Shown here piece by piece: positions 62,155 through 64,000 of a stretch of 64,000 nucleotides of DNA. Position 1 is the stretch's first letter. Each line of letters begins with the position of its first letter. The translations under genes were made by a program, and so were the position numbers. Source of the stretch: Octopus vulgaris. Taxonomy: Eukaryota. Where the stretch lies: assembly GCA_951406725.2 (NCBI GenBank), contig OX597826.1, positions 72,230,001-72,294,000 on the forward strand, read 5' to 3'. A model generated the notes under the pieces. That model saw only the letters and a program-made list of their open reading frames with translations, was not told where the DNA came from and made no database searches.

Positions 62155-63614
62155 TTAAATTAATCCAAAACAAACAGTGATGCACTTGTATTTTACCATA
62201 TTTTCCAGCATGCAAGTCAGCACAGTATACAATGTAAAATATGTTCTCTAAAGTTGTTCTGGTGTACTAGTCAACTTGTTTCTCCCTCCCTTTCTCTCTC
62301 TCTCTCTCTCTCTCTCTTTATCTATCTATCTAAAATATGGTAAATTACAGCATGTGTCTGTAGGTGCCATTACATTGTTACATTCTGAGTTCAAATTCTG
62401 CTGAGGTCGGCTTTGCCTTTCATCCTTTCAGGATCAATTAAATAAGCACCAGTTATGCACTGGAGTTCATGTAATCGACTTAATCCCTCTACCTGTCCTT
62501 GTTTGTCTCCTCTGTAAAGAAATAAATATCATGATAGTGAGTGGTTTGTTTGAATTGTTAATTCCTTCATGTATCTGACTTACTTCCCATGCATTCTGCC
62601 CATGCAGCTGAATAAGCTGCTTACTTCCTGAAGAAGATAGCTATTCACCTCGGATAAACATTTCCTTGTGTTTGAACTTTATCAAGATTTCTCTCCAATT
62701 TAATAAATATTGTTTGCAATGCTTTTAAAAGGATTTCATCTACAATTATAATTTCTTTAATATAACATGAAATTTTTTAGCAAATTAACGTTTAAGTCTG
62801 TTTTTGTTATTTTGCTATTTAACCCCTCAGGATCGATGAAATAAAGTATCAGTCAATACTGGGATTGATGATATTGACTAAACCACCCCTTTCCTATCAA
62901 AATTGCTGATCTTGTACCTAGATTAGAAACCATTATTGTTACTAAAATTACATACCAACTGCTTGATAGCTAAACATACATGGATAAAAGAAATTTTTAC
63001 AAGATAAGTTGTCACAAAATGCCTTGGGGATAAGTTAGCTGGAATTTTTCTTTTACCAGGCTGCAACAACTTGTTAGTTGTCACAAGATATCTTGTGATC
63101 AGTGTTTAACCCTTTAGCAATTTAATCTGGCCATATCCAGCCTCAAATATTCCACCTGTTTTATTATGTTAAAACTGACTAGGTACAGCTTCTCACGCCC
63201 TACTCTACAATGTTATTCTAAAAATATACAAACACATCATTGAAATTTTGAAGCTACAAAATCATGCCTGATTAATTCAAAGCAACGTGAATAAATAAGC
63301 AAGACATTTGACAACGAAATCTGGTTGCTAAAGGTTTTGTGGTTAAAGCGAATTAACAGATTGATGATAAATAATATAGCAAAACATCGCTAACATTGTA
63401 ACATTGGTGTGAATCGAGGGGGTGACTGTGATTGTGTAGGTGTTTGAGTTTGTTGTAGGAGATACTCACAGCAATCCTAAACCAAGAAATAGTTGAGATG
63501 GGGGAGTTATGTCAAACCTTGCAGCTGAAGGTTTTGCTGATAAGATGACGCAGCATCAAAATATAAATAATGCCATCTTGAAGGTATGGGGAAGAAGAAA
63601 CAATGCATCATTTA

Positions 63615-64000
<386 letters not shown>

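Overview
AT-rich, repeat-dense eukaryotic genomic DNA. Its SINE, RTE and microsatellite landscape looks like an Octopus/coleoid cephalopod genome (inference from remembered repeat families, not verified). The main gene, on the + strand, is a MIER-family (MIER1-like) ELM2-SANT corepressor. I traced 11 coding exons with consistent GT-AG phases from the ATG at 8434 (or 8428) to the window end, and the gene continues beyond it. About 460 bp upstream a second, unidentified gene starts divergently on the - strand (exons 7972-7938 and 332-215, phase-compatible). The shared promoter has two outward-facing CCAAT boxes, an RFX X-box on the side of the unknown gene and a YY1 motif over the MIER ATG. The introns hold a 5'-truncated RTE LINE with a PHD-like finger, many RTE 3' ends, three tRNA-derived SINE families, CR1-type tails, a decayed Penelope-like GIY-YIG element, hammerhead-like cores, three non-autonomous Helitrons, TTAA- and TA-flanked MITEs and a DD41D mariner relic. 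Almost all ORFs in the supplied track are repeat- or microsatellite-derived noise. Exon coordinates were counted by hand; repeat boundaries are approximate.
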